Of a stretch of 58,847 nucleotides of DNA, positions 50,458-58,847 are shown in pieces. Where the stretch lies: the NCBI GenBank assembly GCA_026397135.1, contig JAPLVL010000060.1, forward strand, positions 8,458 through 67,304. Direction: 5' to 3'. The first letter of the stretch is position 1; every line of letters starts with the position of its first letter. Origin of the DNA: Candidatus Berkelbacteria bacterium. GTDB taxonomy: Bacteria > Patescibacteriota > UBA1384 > XYA2-FULL-43-10 > 1-14-0-10-43-13. The notes beneath the pieces are model-generated. The model was not told the origin of the DNA. It searched no databases and saw nothing but the letters and a program-made list of their open reading frames with translations. The position numbers and the translations under genes are program-made.

Positions 50458-51720
50458 TTACAGTACTACAAATTCTGCTTTTTTCTTCTTGAACATTTTG
50501 CCTTCGGTATCGTCCAGAATTATGACGCCACCAGCCAGATCATTGCCGATCACTGGAATATTGGCCTTCTTCAAGATCACAATTCCGCCTTCGATGCCAG
50601 CAAAGAATTCAGACAGCCCTTTGCCCTCTAGCCTCGTCTCGATTATGCCACATTTGGAGCGACGGAAAAAACCGAATTGCCCATGACTTTCGTCATCGAT
50701 AAGTTTCTGACCACTAATCATGATAAATTTATCCAGCGATTCGTCATAGACAGCCGCCGACGCCCTATTTAAACTTGGTAATTTCATGAAGGTATTGCTT
50801 GTCAAACTCTTGGCCTTTCCCTTGATCAAGACAGTAGATTGTTCCCCATTCCAGCCAATCTCCGTTTCCTTGACACCGAGAACATTCTCGACCACGACTG
50901 TCGCACCAGATTCAGAACTTAGAAATTCACCAACAGCGTTGTCGTCATCATCCATGCTAGGAAGAAGCCGCTCGAAATTCTTGACGAAAATCGTACCGCT
51001 TTTCGCCGCAACCCCCAGGTCGGAGCCGTATCTCAAATTCTCTGCAATTATCGTAGCGCCGTTTAGGCCCGAGCCCAGGTCGCAGGTGGCTGAGTCAATG
51101 TGAATATAGCCGCCAGTTGCGTCCTCGCCAACATAGCTTAGAGTACTTTCTGGTTTGATTATTTCCCGAATGAAGACGCGTCCCGATCTCATCCTTGTAC
51201 AGATATCGCCATAAATTGCCCGATTGATACTGACTTCGGAGCCGTAAAAATTTCTGGCAAAATCATCATAGAATTCATCTGGGAAATCATCAGGAATTTT
51301 GAAAATTGGATTATCTTTGCTGCAATATGCAAAGTGATACATTATTCTCGTGACAACCTGCCCTCTCGTCTCAGGATCAGCATCATACTGCCTGAAGAGA
51401 TCACAGAGTTTGTTGGCAAAACGGCGGAAAATATATGAATTTGAGACATTGACAATTTTATTAAAAGGTGAGATGGAAAAACTATTGAAAGAATCGTTTT
51501 TACTTGTGCCAAGACTCTCGCTTGCTTTAATAACCGATTCATACTGTTTAAAAAAATCATTGATCGGTTTCAGCATCATCTCAAAAGGGGCTGCCATTTC
51601 AATTATCTCCGCCTTGACCGACTGAATTTGAGCAACTGAATTGGTCTTCAAAACCCCGTCATAGACAGTCAGCTTGATGGAGAAATCATTTATCAATTTT
51701 GTTAATTCGGTACAATTCAT
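50458..51720 (-). CDS. NCH-array paralog, class G (N-terminal Cys-helix module + GXGXG beta-helix)
   Basis: Start moved to ATG 51720 (MNCTELTKLINDFSIKL); the ORF-track extension to 51777 reads through REP element B. GEDATGGYIHIDSATCDLGSGLNGATIIAENLRYGSDLGVAAKSGTIFV, GNDLAGGVIILDD. Confidence 0.85.
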   Translation of the reverse strand: MNCTELTKLINDFSIKLTVYDGVLKTNSVAQIQSVKAEIIEMAAPFEMMLKPINDFFKQYESVIKASESLGTSKNDSFNSFSISPFNKIVNVSNSYIFRRFANKLCDLFRQYDADPETRGQVVTRIMYHFAYCSKDNPIFKIPDDFPDEFYDDFARNFYGSEVSINRAIYGDICTRMRSGRVFIREIIKPESTLSYVGEDATGGYIHIDSATCDLGSGLNGATIIAENLRYGSDLGVAAKSGTIFVKNFERLLPSMDDDDNAVGEFLSSESGATVVVENVLGVKETEIGWNGEQSTVLIKGKAKSLTSNTFMKLPSLNRASAAVYDESLDKFIMISGQKLIDDESHGQFGFFRRSKCGIIETRLEGKGLSEFFAGIEGGIVILKKANIPVIGNDLAGGVIILDDTEGKMFKKKKAEFVVL

Positions 51721-51734
51721 TGTTTTAATGTTTG

Positions 51735-51831
51735 AATCCCAGCCTTCCCACTTCGCTCCAAGAGCTACGAGGGACAAGTCACCCTTTCGATAATGCTCAG
51801 GGTCTTAGTAATATCGAAGACTGGGATGACA
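51735..51831. repeat. REP/MITE-like element, family B (long copy)
   Basis: tcccag (51737-51742) pairs with ctggga (51821-51826). It shares ctttcga[c/t]aatgctcagggtc..agtaatat[t/c]gaagactgggatgac with 40274-40337 and carries an extra about 35-nt insert. Confidence 0.55.
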
Positions 51832-51952
51832 GCTATTAAGGAGTAATACTTTATAACTTGTTCACTATTTAATCCTTAATTCTTACTTTCTTACTCACCT
51901 GCTCACCTGTTTACCCCGACCAGGCTCAAGGCGGGGCGAGCTTGCTCACTAT

Positions 51953-53290
51953 TTAATTCTTGCTTTTAGCTTTTTCAGACTTATTTAGACTATTTTCGAC
52001 CTTTTCAAACACTTCTCTCCCGCTCTTGTCGATATAAAATATCCGCGATTTGCTTCCGACTTTGGCGAGACCGTCCTCGAAATCGCAAGCCATTCCAAAC
52101 CTTTTTTTGAAAATATCTTTGCCCTCTTTGTCGATGAAATAATATTCACTCCCTCTGTCAGAAACGATAGCCAAGCCTTCGTGAAAATCACTCGCCGTAA
52201 ACCATTCCCCCGAGAACGCCTCCCCTCCATCGGTTCGTATGAATCTAGCTTTGCGCGGTTTCCCACCATCGATTCTGGGAACTGATCTGTCCGAGACAGC
52301 GGCCAGCCCTTCACTAAAATCGCTTGCTTTGCTGTAATTACCGGCAATCGATTTGCCTGATTGATCGATATAATATGAATAGCCAACACCTTCATCACCC
52401 AGAGATACAACTCGAGCCAAACCGTTGTGAAACGGGTGCGGTGCATGATATTTCGGCAAGGTGAAGAGGTATTTACCAGTGCAGTCGTAGAGCGAGGCCG
52501 CCTCAGAGCTGGTGGCGTGCCGGAGCCAGACAAGCCCCTCCGTGACTTCGCCGAAAAACATCATGCAGTCCGCCGCTTCAGACTGCCCCACGATATTCTC
52601 GTTTTCATCGAAAAACTTAGTCGTGCTACCATCTTTGACCCAGGCAATTTCATCACTAAAATCTTTGGCAATACGATAAAACCCAGTCTCTCCCTGCTTG
52701 CTTGCAAAAAGCCGCCGCAACTTGCCATTTTCAGCTTTCAGAAAGAATGTTTCCCTTCTAGAGCCGGCCATCGTCCGAGAAATCATAATAATTCCGTTTC
52801 TTTTGAAACCGTCGAGCTCAGTTTGATCGGCATGAAATTCAATCATGACCTGGCCTGTCTTGGCACTGACCGCGCGCAAAAGCATTTGGTTTAGACCATC
52901 GTATCCCCGCCTTGAATACACCCAGGCGATTCCATTGTGGAAATTGGTCCAGATCAGGTCAGAATAGTATTCACCGATCTTCTCGCCCTCTGTGTTTACG
53001 ACAAAATTAATTTCATCAACATTATTTTTGGAATTCTGGGTTGCCCAGGCGACACCGTCAGAAAATGGCGAGACGAAATCAGCGTCAACTTTCCTGGCGA
53101 CCCTCTCCCGCAAGAAAATCTGATTGGGATCAATTTTTTCCAAAGTTTCAAGGCAAAAATCTTGCAATTCCTTCTGTTTTTCCAGAGCCTTGAGGACATT
53201 TCCCGCGTCAAACAGTTTGTCAAAATCACGAAAAACCGCCAGCTTGCTAGCCAGTTTGTCTGTAATCTCAAGGCAATTTGGTTCAATCAT
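51953..53290 (-). CDS. NCH-array paralog, class W (N-terminal Cys-helix module + WG-containing repeats)
   Basis: 445-aa ORF. MIEPNCLEITDKLASKLAVFRDFD. Repeats FSDGVAWAT, FHNGIAWVY, FSDEIAWVK, FHNGLARVV, FSEGLAAVS, FHEGLAIVS, FEDGLAKVG. Confidence 0.85.
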   Translation of the reverse strand: MIEPNCLEITDKLASKLAVFRDFDKLFDAGNVLKALEKQKELQDFCLETLEKIDPNQIFLRERVARKVDADFVSPFSDGVAWATQNSKNNVDEINFVVNTEGEKIGEYYSDLIWTNFHNGIAWVYSRRGYDGLNQMLLRAVSAKTGQVMIEFHADQTELDGFKRNGIIMISRTMAGSRRETFFLKAENGKLRRLFASKQGETGFYRIAKDFSDEIAWVKDGSTTKFFDENENIVGQSEAADCMMFFGEVTEGLVWLRHATSSEAASLYDCTGKYLFTLPKYHAPHPFHNGLARVVSLGDEGVGYSYYIDQSGKSIAGNYSKASDFSEGLAAVSDRSVPRIDGGKPRKARFIRTDGGEAFSGEWFTASDFHEGLAIVSDRGSEYYFIDKEGKDIFKKRFGMACDFEDGLAKVGSKSRIFYIDKSGREVFEKVENSLNKSEKAKSKN

Positions 53291-54783
53291 TTTTGCCCTC
53301 CAGTTGAGACCGAAAAATCTTCAAATAGACGCCGACCTGTTTTGTCGATAAAATAGACACCGTTGTGCTCTCGAGACGGATTAATTTCGGCAATGCCACA
53401 GTCGAAGGAGCCAGCAAGATAGCAATCAAAGGATGGCATCAGCTGTTTTCCTGTTATGTCGGCATATGTATGTTTCCCATTCGTCAGCTCGAGACAAATT
53501 ACCCCGCTCCAGATCTCTCGAACCGTTTTTACCGATAATTCAGTCTCGAAGGGAATTTGTTTCAGATCTTTGTCCAGCAAATAGCAGCGACCATCATGCT
53601 CTCTCACAACAGCAAAACCGTCACGAAAATGCGAAAACTGATAAACATTGTGAAAAGCCCTCTTGCCTTCTTTGTCGATTAGGAAATTCTCGCTTTTGGA
53701 CGAATTTTTGTCTCTGACCAACACTGTTGCATAGCCATTCGAAAAAAATTCGAAATGATAATTGCTTCTTTGCTCTCTGGGATAAATTGTCTTGCCTGCC
53801 AGATTAAAATAATATTCTCCTTCTCCGAAGGTGGCACGATAAAAGCCTTCGCCGGCCCACCAGTCACATTTGGGTGAGTCGCTCCTGCTGTCAATATCGA
53901 CGAGCGCCCCAGGAATTTCCTTCATCTCTCCGTTTTTGGATATTGCGAAGGCCTGTAAACAGGGCTGGCTGCGGGTGGCATAGAATTTGTTTTTGAATCC
54001 AAGTGCAACTCCCTTGTCGAATCGATAAAGATGATCGAGGTTTTCCGGAAGTGTAAATTCAACTTCACCCTTGCGGTTAAGGGCTACCTGCTTGCCATCC
54101 TTCTCCGACCAAACCAAGCCTTCACTGTATTTATAAAGAGCAAAAGGAGCATCAGGATTGGCTGAAAATTCTTGCCCGTCCAAGCCAATATATTTTCCTG
54201 AAAATTTAGCACTTCCGTCGGATGCACCATGAACAATATCTAACGCTATCGGTTCACCCTCGAAAAGTGTCGAGACTTTACCCCTAAACAAAATCGGGGA
54301 GTGATAGGTAACTTCGGAATATTCCTTCGATATTTTCTCTCCCGAAGTATTGATCATGTAAAATGCCTCCGATTTGTCTGATACGAAGGCAACTCCGTTT
54401 TTGATTTCGGAGACGCCTTGATATTTCTTGGAATTTTCTTCAAAATCAGAAACTCCGTCCGTCTCGATCAGGTAAAACTCGGCATTTTCGGTGTCACCGT
54501 AATTTCGAGCTCCCCAAGCGACATATCCGCCCTGCGAAGCTGGATAAAGTTCGCTTACATAGTTGAATTTAAGTTTCTTGGCGATTTCAACCCTGAGTGG
54601 TAAGTCGTTCTTGATTTTCTCAACTTCGGAAAAAAGTATTTCACAGTCGCGTTTGATGGTGATTGCGGATGCCAAAGTTTGCACCGAGAGAGCAGGAAAA
54701 TTTGCGATCTTGCTCGCGAGATCGAGAACAATCTGACTTAATTTTTGGCATTTACTTGCTTTCAAAATATTCTTTGTTACCAT
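53287..54783 (-). CDS. NCH-array paralog, class W (N-terminal Cys-helix module + WG-containing repeats)
   Basis: The start is ambiguous: TTG 54792, ATG 54783 or TTG 54765, the last giving MKASKCQKLSQ and a 14-nt overlap. Module ...KASKCQKLSQIVLDLASKI. Repeats IKNGVAFVS, YSEGLVWSE, FDKGVALGF, FRDGFAVVR, FDCGIAEIN. Confidence 0.8.
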   Translation of the reverse strand: MVTKNILKASKCQKLSQIVLDLASKIANFPALSVQTLASAITIKRDCEILFSEVEKIKNDLPLRVEIAKKLKFNYVSELYPASQGGYVAWGARNYGDTENAEFYLIETDGVSDFEENSKKYQGVSEIKNGVAFVSDKSEAFYMINTSGEKISKEYSEVTYHSPILFRGKVSTLFEGEPIALDIVHGASDGSAKFSGKYIGLDGQEFSANPDAPFALYKYSEGLVWSEKDGKQVALNRKGEVEFTLPENLDHLYRFDKGVALGFKNKFYATRSQPCLQAFAISKNGEMKEIPGALVDIDSRSDSPKCDWWAGEGFYRATFGEGEYYFNLAGKTIYPREQRSNYHFEFFSNGYATVLVRDKNSSKSENFLIDKEGKRAFHNVYQFSHFRDGFAVVREHDGRCYLLDKDLKQIPFETELSVKTVREIWSGVICLELTNGKHTYADITGKQLMPSFDCYLAGSFDCGIAEINPSREHNGVYFIDKTGRRLFEDFSVSTGGQK

Positions 54784-55993
54784 TTTTCTCAAAAATTATT
54801 TTGCCCTTCTTGTCGATATGGATCACTCTACCGAAGCTGTCTGTCGCAACTGCCACACCATCTTCAAAGGGAGTATGAATTTCCTCAATTTCAACTAGTT
54901 TCTCACTGGCCGTACCATTGATATCGACCAAGACATAGCTGTTACTACCAAAAGGTTTGGCTGCAGCAACTTCCTCCGAAAAACCGTAAGTTTGGCGAAA
55001 TTCGCCACCAATTGGCTGACCATTTTTGTCTATAAAGTAGCTAGTTTTTCTCCTGAATTTTGTCTCACTCACCCAAGCTCTACCACACTGGAAATCGCCA
55101 GCCTCTTCATACGGGCCGAGCACAGTTTTGCCGCTGTGGTCGAGAAAGTACCACTGATCCTTCATCTTGACGACGGCTAATCCCTCCGAAAACGGCCTTA
55201 TTTCCTGATAATTACCGGTGAAAAGCTCGTTGCCATCACTGTCATAGGCAGCATCGAGCATCCCCTTGGTTGATTTGACAACCCAGGCGACGCCGTCTGA
55301 ATATCTGACAATTTTCCTAATTCCCTTTATCATCTTTTCTGTCATCGTCGCCTTGTCCAGAAGGACAATTTCACCCTTCTCCTTCTCTGCCCAAGCTCGT
55401 CCATTCTCAAACGGAGTCGTTATTTTGTAGCCTACTTTGTCGAAAAGAGTTTGGCCACTGGCATCAAAGAAGAATTCAGTCTTGGAATTACCGACCAAAC
55501 GGCCGGCAAAAATCCCGTCGCGCTGCGAATCCGGCGTCACACTTCGGAGCATTTCAACGAGAACTGGGGCAGCCTCGCCCTTCCTGTCAACAATCCGGTA
55601 AAAACTCTGATCGTTTTTGACGAAAGAGACACCGTTTACAAACGGGTAAGCCACGGCATGATGAACATCTCTGAAAGTCTTGATGACAGTTCTCTCGGCT
55701 GCATCAATTAATATCTGATAGCCTTCCTTGCTGACACCCCAAGCCAGCCCTTCGTGCACGCCAGAAATATAGTCAAGATTAAATTTCTCGACCAAACTCT
55801 GACGCAGATTAATCTGATCAGGATCAAACTCAAGTATAGTAAGTTCGACTTCCTTGGCCGTCAGCTTCTGCCAAAACTTAGCATGATCGATATCCTTTTG
55901 GTCTGATGTTTCGTCAAAGACGGTTAGGATTTTCAATATTTTTGCCAGGCTCTGGCTGATTTTGACACAACTGACTTGATTGTATATTTCCAT
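54752..55993 (-). CDS. NCH-array paralog, class W (N-terminal Cys-helix module + WG-containing repeats)
   Basis: 413-aa ORF, GAGGGATAGGGA before the ATG. MEIYNQVSCVKISQSLAKILKILTVFD. Repeats VHEGLAWGV, FVNGVSFVK, FENGRAWAE, YSDGVAWVV, FSEGLAVVK, FQCGRAWVS, FEDGVAVAT. Confidence 0.85.
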   Translation of the reverse strand: MEIYNQVSCVKISQSLAKILKILTVFDETSDQKDIDHAKFWQKLTAKEVELTILEFDPDQINLRQSLVEKFNLDYISGVHEGLAWGVSKEGYQILIDAAERTVIKTFRDVHHAVAYPFVNGVSFVKNDQSFYRIVDRKGEAAPVLVEMLRSVTPDSQRDGIFAGRLVGNSKTEFFFDASGQTLFDKVGYKITTPFENGRAWAEKEKGEIVLLDKATMTEKMIKGIRKIVRYSDGVAWVVKSTKGMLDAAYDSDGNELFTGNYQEIRPFSEGLAVVKMKDQWYFLDHSGKTVLGPYEEAGDFQCGRAWVSETKFRRKTSYFIDKNGQPIGGEFRQTYGFSEEVAAAKPFGSNSYVLVDINGTASEKLVEIEEIHTPFEDGVAVATDSFGRVIHIDKKGKIIFEKNGNKEYFESK

Positions 55994-56117
55994 TCCCTAT
56001 CCCTCACTTATTTTTGTTTTAATCGATCAGTTTATTCGGAGCCCAAACTTATGTTTGTTTATTCATTCATTATCCCAAAAAATGGCAACAATTTTTGCTT
56101 CTACTGATATTTTAGCG

Positions 56118-56157
56118 CAAAAACAAAAACAACAGAAGACCAGTTGTCCGCTGTTTG
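56118..56157 (-). terminator. Weak candidate intrinsic terminator after 56184..57449
   Basis: Minus strand CAAACAG-cggacaactggtctt-CTGTTG (bulged 6-bp stem with an inner GAC/GTC pair) followed by TTTTTGTTTTTG. Confidence 0.3.
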
Positions 56158-56183
56158 GGGGAAGCAGAACGATAATATTCAAT

Positions 56184-57449
56184 CTATACGAAAGGCTCAA
56201 CCTCGAAGGGATTGGTTTTGCTTGTTCTCGAAATTCGCTCAATTTTGTGCCCAAAGACTTGACGGCCCTGATGATCGAGAAAGGATTTTTCACCGCTATA
56301 ATCGGTCGCCTCCGATACACCAGATCTGAATTCTTCAATATATTGATATTTTTTGACTTTAGTTATATTACCCTGAGTATCCAAAAGCGAATATTGATCT
56401 TTGGCTGTTTCGACGACAGCATAACCTTCGGAAAAATCCAACGCTGAAACAAATGGCCCAAATTTTTCAACACCGTTTGCGTCTATGAAATATTGCTTTG
56501 ATTCCCGACCCACAATCGCGAAACCATCTGAAAATGAACGAGCTCCTTTGTACGGTCCAAGCTTGAAATGGCCTTCCTTGTCGAGATAATAGAAATGGAA
56601 ATCATTATATTTTTGGACCAGTAATAGACCATCTTTGTAGCCATTTGCCAAAACTGTACCTTCGAATGTAAATTTGGTTTTACCTTGGGTATCAACCACA
56701 ATATATTTTTCTGGTCCAGTGTAAGACACGGCCAAACCCTCCGAAAACATCTTGGGAGATTTGACATCCCTTATGTAGGTATTGTTACCGTTTTCATCCA
56801 CCAGATACCACCAACCGGTCGCCTCGCCCCAGCCAAAGCCTTCCGAGAAATCAACAATCCTGCCATAGGTTGAATCATTTAGAGGTTCTCCTGTACTTTT
56901 GATAAACCGATAATGCTCTCCACTCTCATCAAACGCTCCGAGTATATCGCCTTGTTGTTGATCTGGATTGGAGGAATATGTCGCGAAAGTTCCCCTTTCT
57001 TCACCCTGAGATGAAAAAAGATGAGTTTCTCGGTTGTTGTCATCATCATAAACCGAAATAATTGCCACTCCCGATGTTGTTATCCCAAGATACCCAGTAT
57101 CCAAAATTTCCTTTAATAGCTTTCCATCTCTATCGACCAAAACAACTTTGACATCAGCTTCGTTGCCCCGTATGTTTCCCTGAACAGCTTCGGCCCAAGC
57201 CGTCCCTGCCTCGGAAAATTCACTAATCCAGTACAAATTGTTTTTGCGACATATATAATCGCGGTGACGAATCGTGCTATCGTAGTCAGTCTTCTCTTTC
57301 AAAATTTTGATTTCCACATCGAAGACAACTCGATCAATTGAAGCTGCCAATTCCTTCGCTTCCTTGATATGGCGAGGCAAGAGAGAATCAAATTCATTTA
57401 GCTTGGTCGCTAAATATTTCAACATAAATGAAATTTGACCGCATTTCAT
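56184..57449 (-). CDS. NCH-array paralog, class W (N-terminal Cys-helix module + WG-containing repeats)
   Basis: 421-aa ORF. MKCGQISFMLKYLATKLNEFD. Repeats FSEAGTAWAE, FSEGFGWGE, FSEGLAVSY, YKDGLLLVQ, FSDGFAIVG, FSEGYAVVE. ATGA overlap at 57446-57449. Confidence 0.85.
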   Translation of the reverse strand: MKCGQISFMLKYLATKLNEFDSLLPRHIKEAKELAASIDRVVFDVEIKILKEKTDYDSTIRHRDYICRKNNLYWISEFSEAGTAWAEAVQGNIRGNEADVKVVLVDRDGKLLKEILDTGYLGITTSGVAIISVYDDDNNRETHLFSSQGEERGTFATYSSNPDQQQGDILGAFDESGEHYRFIKSTGEPLNDSTYGRIVDFSEGFGWGEATGWWYLVDENGNNTYIRDVKSPKMFSEGLAVSYTGPEKYIVVDTQGKTKFTFEGTVLANGYKDGLLLVQKYNDFHFYYLDKEGHFKLGPYKGARSFSDGFAIVGRESKQYFIDANGVEKFGPFVSALDFSEGYAVVETAKDQYSLLDTQGNITKVKKYQYIEEFRSGVSEATDYSGEKSFLDHQGRQVFGHKIERISRTSKTNPFEVEPFV

Positions 57450-58774
57450 ATTTCTGCTCCCTTTTCAAAAACTGCTTTCCCTTTCTGATCAATATAATGC
57501 TTGAGACCATTCAACTCAGTGACCAGGGCGACACCCTCCTTGAATTCGGCAGCCTCCTTGAAACTTCGGTCAAAGAGAATATGCCCTGTCCAATCAATGA
57601 ATCGAGAGAACTTATTGTATTTCACAAGCGCAATTCCATTATGATAATCGCCGGCATCAATCGCGCTAATCAAGCTCAAAACTTCTTTGCCTGCCGAATT
57701 TATAAAATAATATCGTCCCCAATTGTGAATCAGGGCCACGCCTTCATGAAAATCATGGGCCATATCGAAGGGACCTAATTTTTTGTGGCCGAATTTATCG
57801 AAGAAATATGTCTCGTAATTTTCTCCCCTGAAGACAGTTGCAAAAAACAATCCCTCATCAGAAACACTTTTTCGGGGGGACAAATTCTCTTGGGCAAAAT
57901 TTTTGATTCGAGCCGTTCTTTTGACCTTTTTGCCCGAAAAATCATAAATTGATAGCTCGTTACGAGTGACATTCATAATCATGGCCAGTTTGCTGTTAAA
58001 CCCAAGAGCTGAATATTCAATCCTATCAATCTTGCCAATATCAAAAGTGCTTACCACCTTGCCATATTCATCATCCAGGAAAATCAAGCCGCCATTTCGG
58101 ACTTCCCGCAGAGTGTATCCGTGAGAGAAGGGTGTTGCATTTGAATATCCGGTATGCATAGGAACACCGTCAGCATCCAGATAATGATAGCCATATTGTT
58201 CGACACCTTGTTCTCCCAGGAGACGGCCAAAGGCCAGATATGTCACCCTCTCGCAAGCCTCACTCTGTTCTACATGGGAAAAATCGCTTTTCAGCACCGG
58301 TTCCCCCATCATATCCACCAGAGTATAGCTCCAACTCTGAGCATAACTGCCATCAGAATCTTCGTATCCGCCGGTTGATTTGGCAATCCAAGTCTTACCA
58401 TTTATTATCGGCTTACTTCCCCGAAATTCAGGTGGAAATTGATGGATAATTCTCCTCGATTCAGTATCGACAATTGAATACACTGGTTCTGAATATTTGC
58501 CTTTTGCTTGTCCGAAAGCATAGCGCTCTTCGTAGATTTCACCAACATAATCAAGATTTAATTCGGCCGCCAAATTTTGCCTCCGGAGCAGTTGCAAGTG
58601 ATCTGTAATCTCGCACGCCTTTTCCATCTCCAAAACAATCAGCCGTTTCGTTCTCTTCGCCTGCGCTATTTCTTGGCTTTTGCAGTATGTCGAAAACACT
58701 CCATCGTAAAAATGGATTTCATTTACAAAACCGGTGAGCACCGGGCATTTTGCCTTTTCTCCCTCACTTGTCAT
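57446..58774 (-). CDS. NCH-array paralog, class W (divergent N-terminal module + WG-containing repeats); first gene of the array in this window
   Basis: 442-aa ORF. MTSEGEKAKCPVLTGFVNEI. Repeats FSHGYTLRE, FHEGVALIH, YHNGIALVK, FKEGVALVT. Confidence 0.85.
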   Translation of the reverse strand: MTSEGEKAKCPVLTGFVNEIHFYDGVFSTYCKSQEIAQAKRTKRLIVLEMEKACEITDHLQLLRRQNLAAELNLDYVGEIYEERYAFGQAKGKYSEPVYSIVDTESRRIIHQFPPEFRGSKPIINGKTWIAKSTGGYEDSDGSYAQSWSYTLVDMMGEPVLKSDFSHVEQSEACERVTYLAFGRLLGEQGVEQYGYHYLDADGVPMHTGYSNATPFSHGYTLREVRNGGLIFLDDEYGKVVSTFDIGKIDRIEYSALGFNSKLAMIMNVTRNELSIYDFSGKKVKRTARIKNFAQENLSPRKSVSDEGLFFATVFRGENYETYFFDKFGHKKLGPFDMAHDFHEGVALIHNWGRYYFINSAGKEVLSLISAIDAGDYHNGIALVKYNKFSRFIDWTGHILFDRSFKEAAEFKEGVALVTELNGLKHYIDQKGKAVFEKGAEI

Positions 58775-58780
58775 AATTCT

Positions 58781-58809
58781 ATTTTATCAGAAATATTTTT
58801 AATGGCCAA
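58781..58809 (-). promoter_or_regulatory. Candidate sigma70-type promoter giving a (near-)leaderless transcript for 57446..58774
   Basis: Minus strand TTGGCC (58809-58804), 17 nt spacer, TAAAAT (58786-58781, preceded by TGA, i.e. extended -10 TGn), then only AGAATT before ATG 58774. No Shine-Dalgarno site. Confidence 0.4.
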
Positions 58810-58847
58810 AATTAATAATAAAATTAGCGCATTACTTTGAATGAATT

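Noticed and set aside
51985-52533. 182-aa alternative-frame minus-strand ORF inside 51953..53290
   Set aside because: It is an out-of-frame overlap with a gene whose own frame shows seven clear WG repeats. The alternative frame is Arg/Ser/Pro-rich with no motif.
2621-58774. Diversity-generating retroelement, shufflon or invertible-promoter control of the array
   Set aside because: No reverse transcriptase, recombinase or invertase gene is present, and no template/variable repeat pair or inverted-repeat-flanked promoter segment is visible in the window. This cannot be excluded for elements outside it.
2621-58774. N-module as a bona fide F-box, BTB or dockerin domain
   Set aside because: The sequence pattern C-x-x-L-T...F-D does not match the F-box (L-P-x-E-I-L...W), BTB or dockerin Ca-binding signatures that I know. 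Only the architectural analogy is retained.

Overview
Gene-dense, prokaryote-style window: GGAGG Shine-Dalgarno sites, ATGA start/stop overlaps, no introns. Essentially every credible gene is on the minus strand. From 58774 down to 2621 lie 42 paralogous genes, one of them frameshifted and one lacking its N-terminus. They share a short N-terminal Cys-containing helical module, typically M-x-x-D-C-Q-K-L-T ... F-D, called the NCH module here. Behind it sit four unrelated C-terminal beta-repeat architectures. Class P is a WD40/PD40-like propeller (19 genes). Class W is WG-containing/KWG-type repeats (13). Class G is a GXGXG beta-helix like the GltB C-terminal domain or FwdC (7). Class H is an uncharacterised HP[DK]G..LN[GD] repeat (3). 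I do not recognise the N-module as a named domain. No enzyme, transporter, RNA gene, transposase, CRISPR array or housekeeping gene is visible inside the array. Downstream of the array (2329..1) is a large HExxH metallopeptidase-like gene with a long D/E-rich tract; the ORF track misses it because it runs off the window. Many gaps carry a modular conserved spacer: a tandem octamer array with a stop in every unit, AT-rich short repeats, and a 10-bp-stem hairpin. Other non-coding features are two families of REP/MITE-like palindromic elements and three long palindromes centred on CGATCG. An AT-rich island (9192-10199) holds a small winged-helix-like gene, and a 411-bp gene-free scar lies at 29553-29963. 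Family alignment moves several ORF-track starts downstream. It also implies two non-canonical start codons, one in-frame TAG followed by intact repeat codons, and one frameshift. All domain calls rest on motif recognition by eye; no database search or computation was possible. The taxon cannot be determined.
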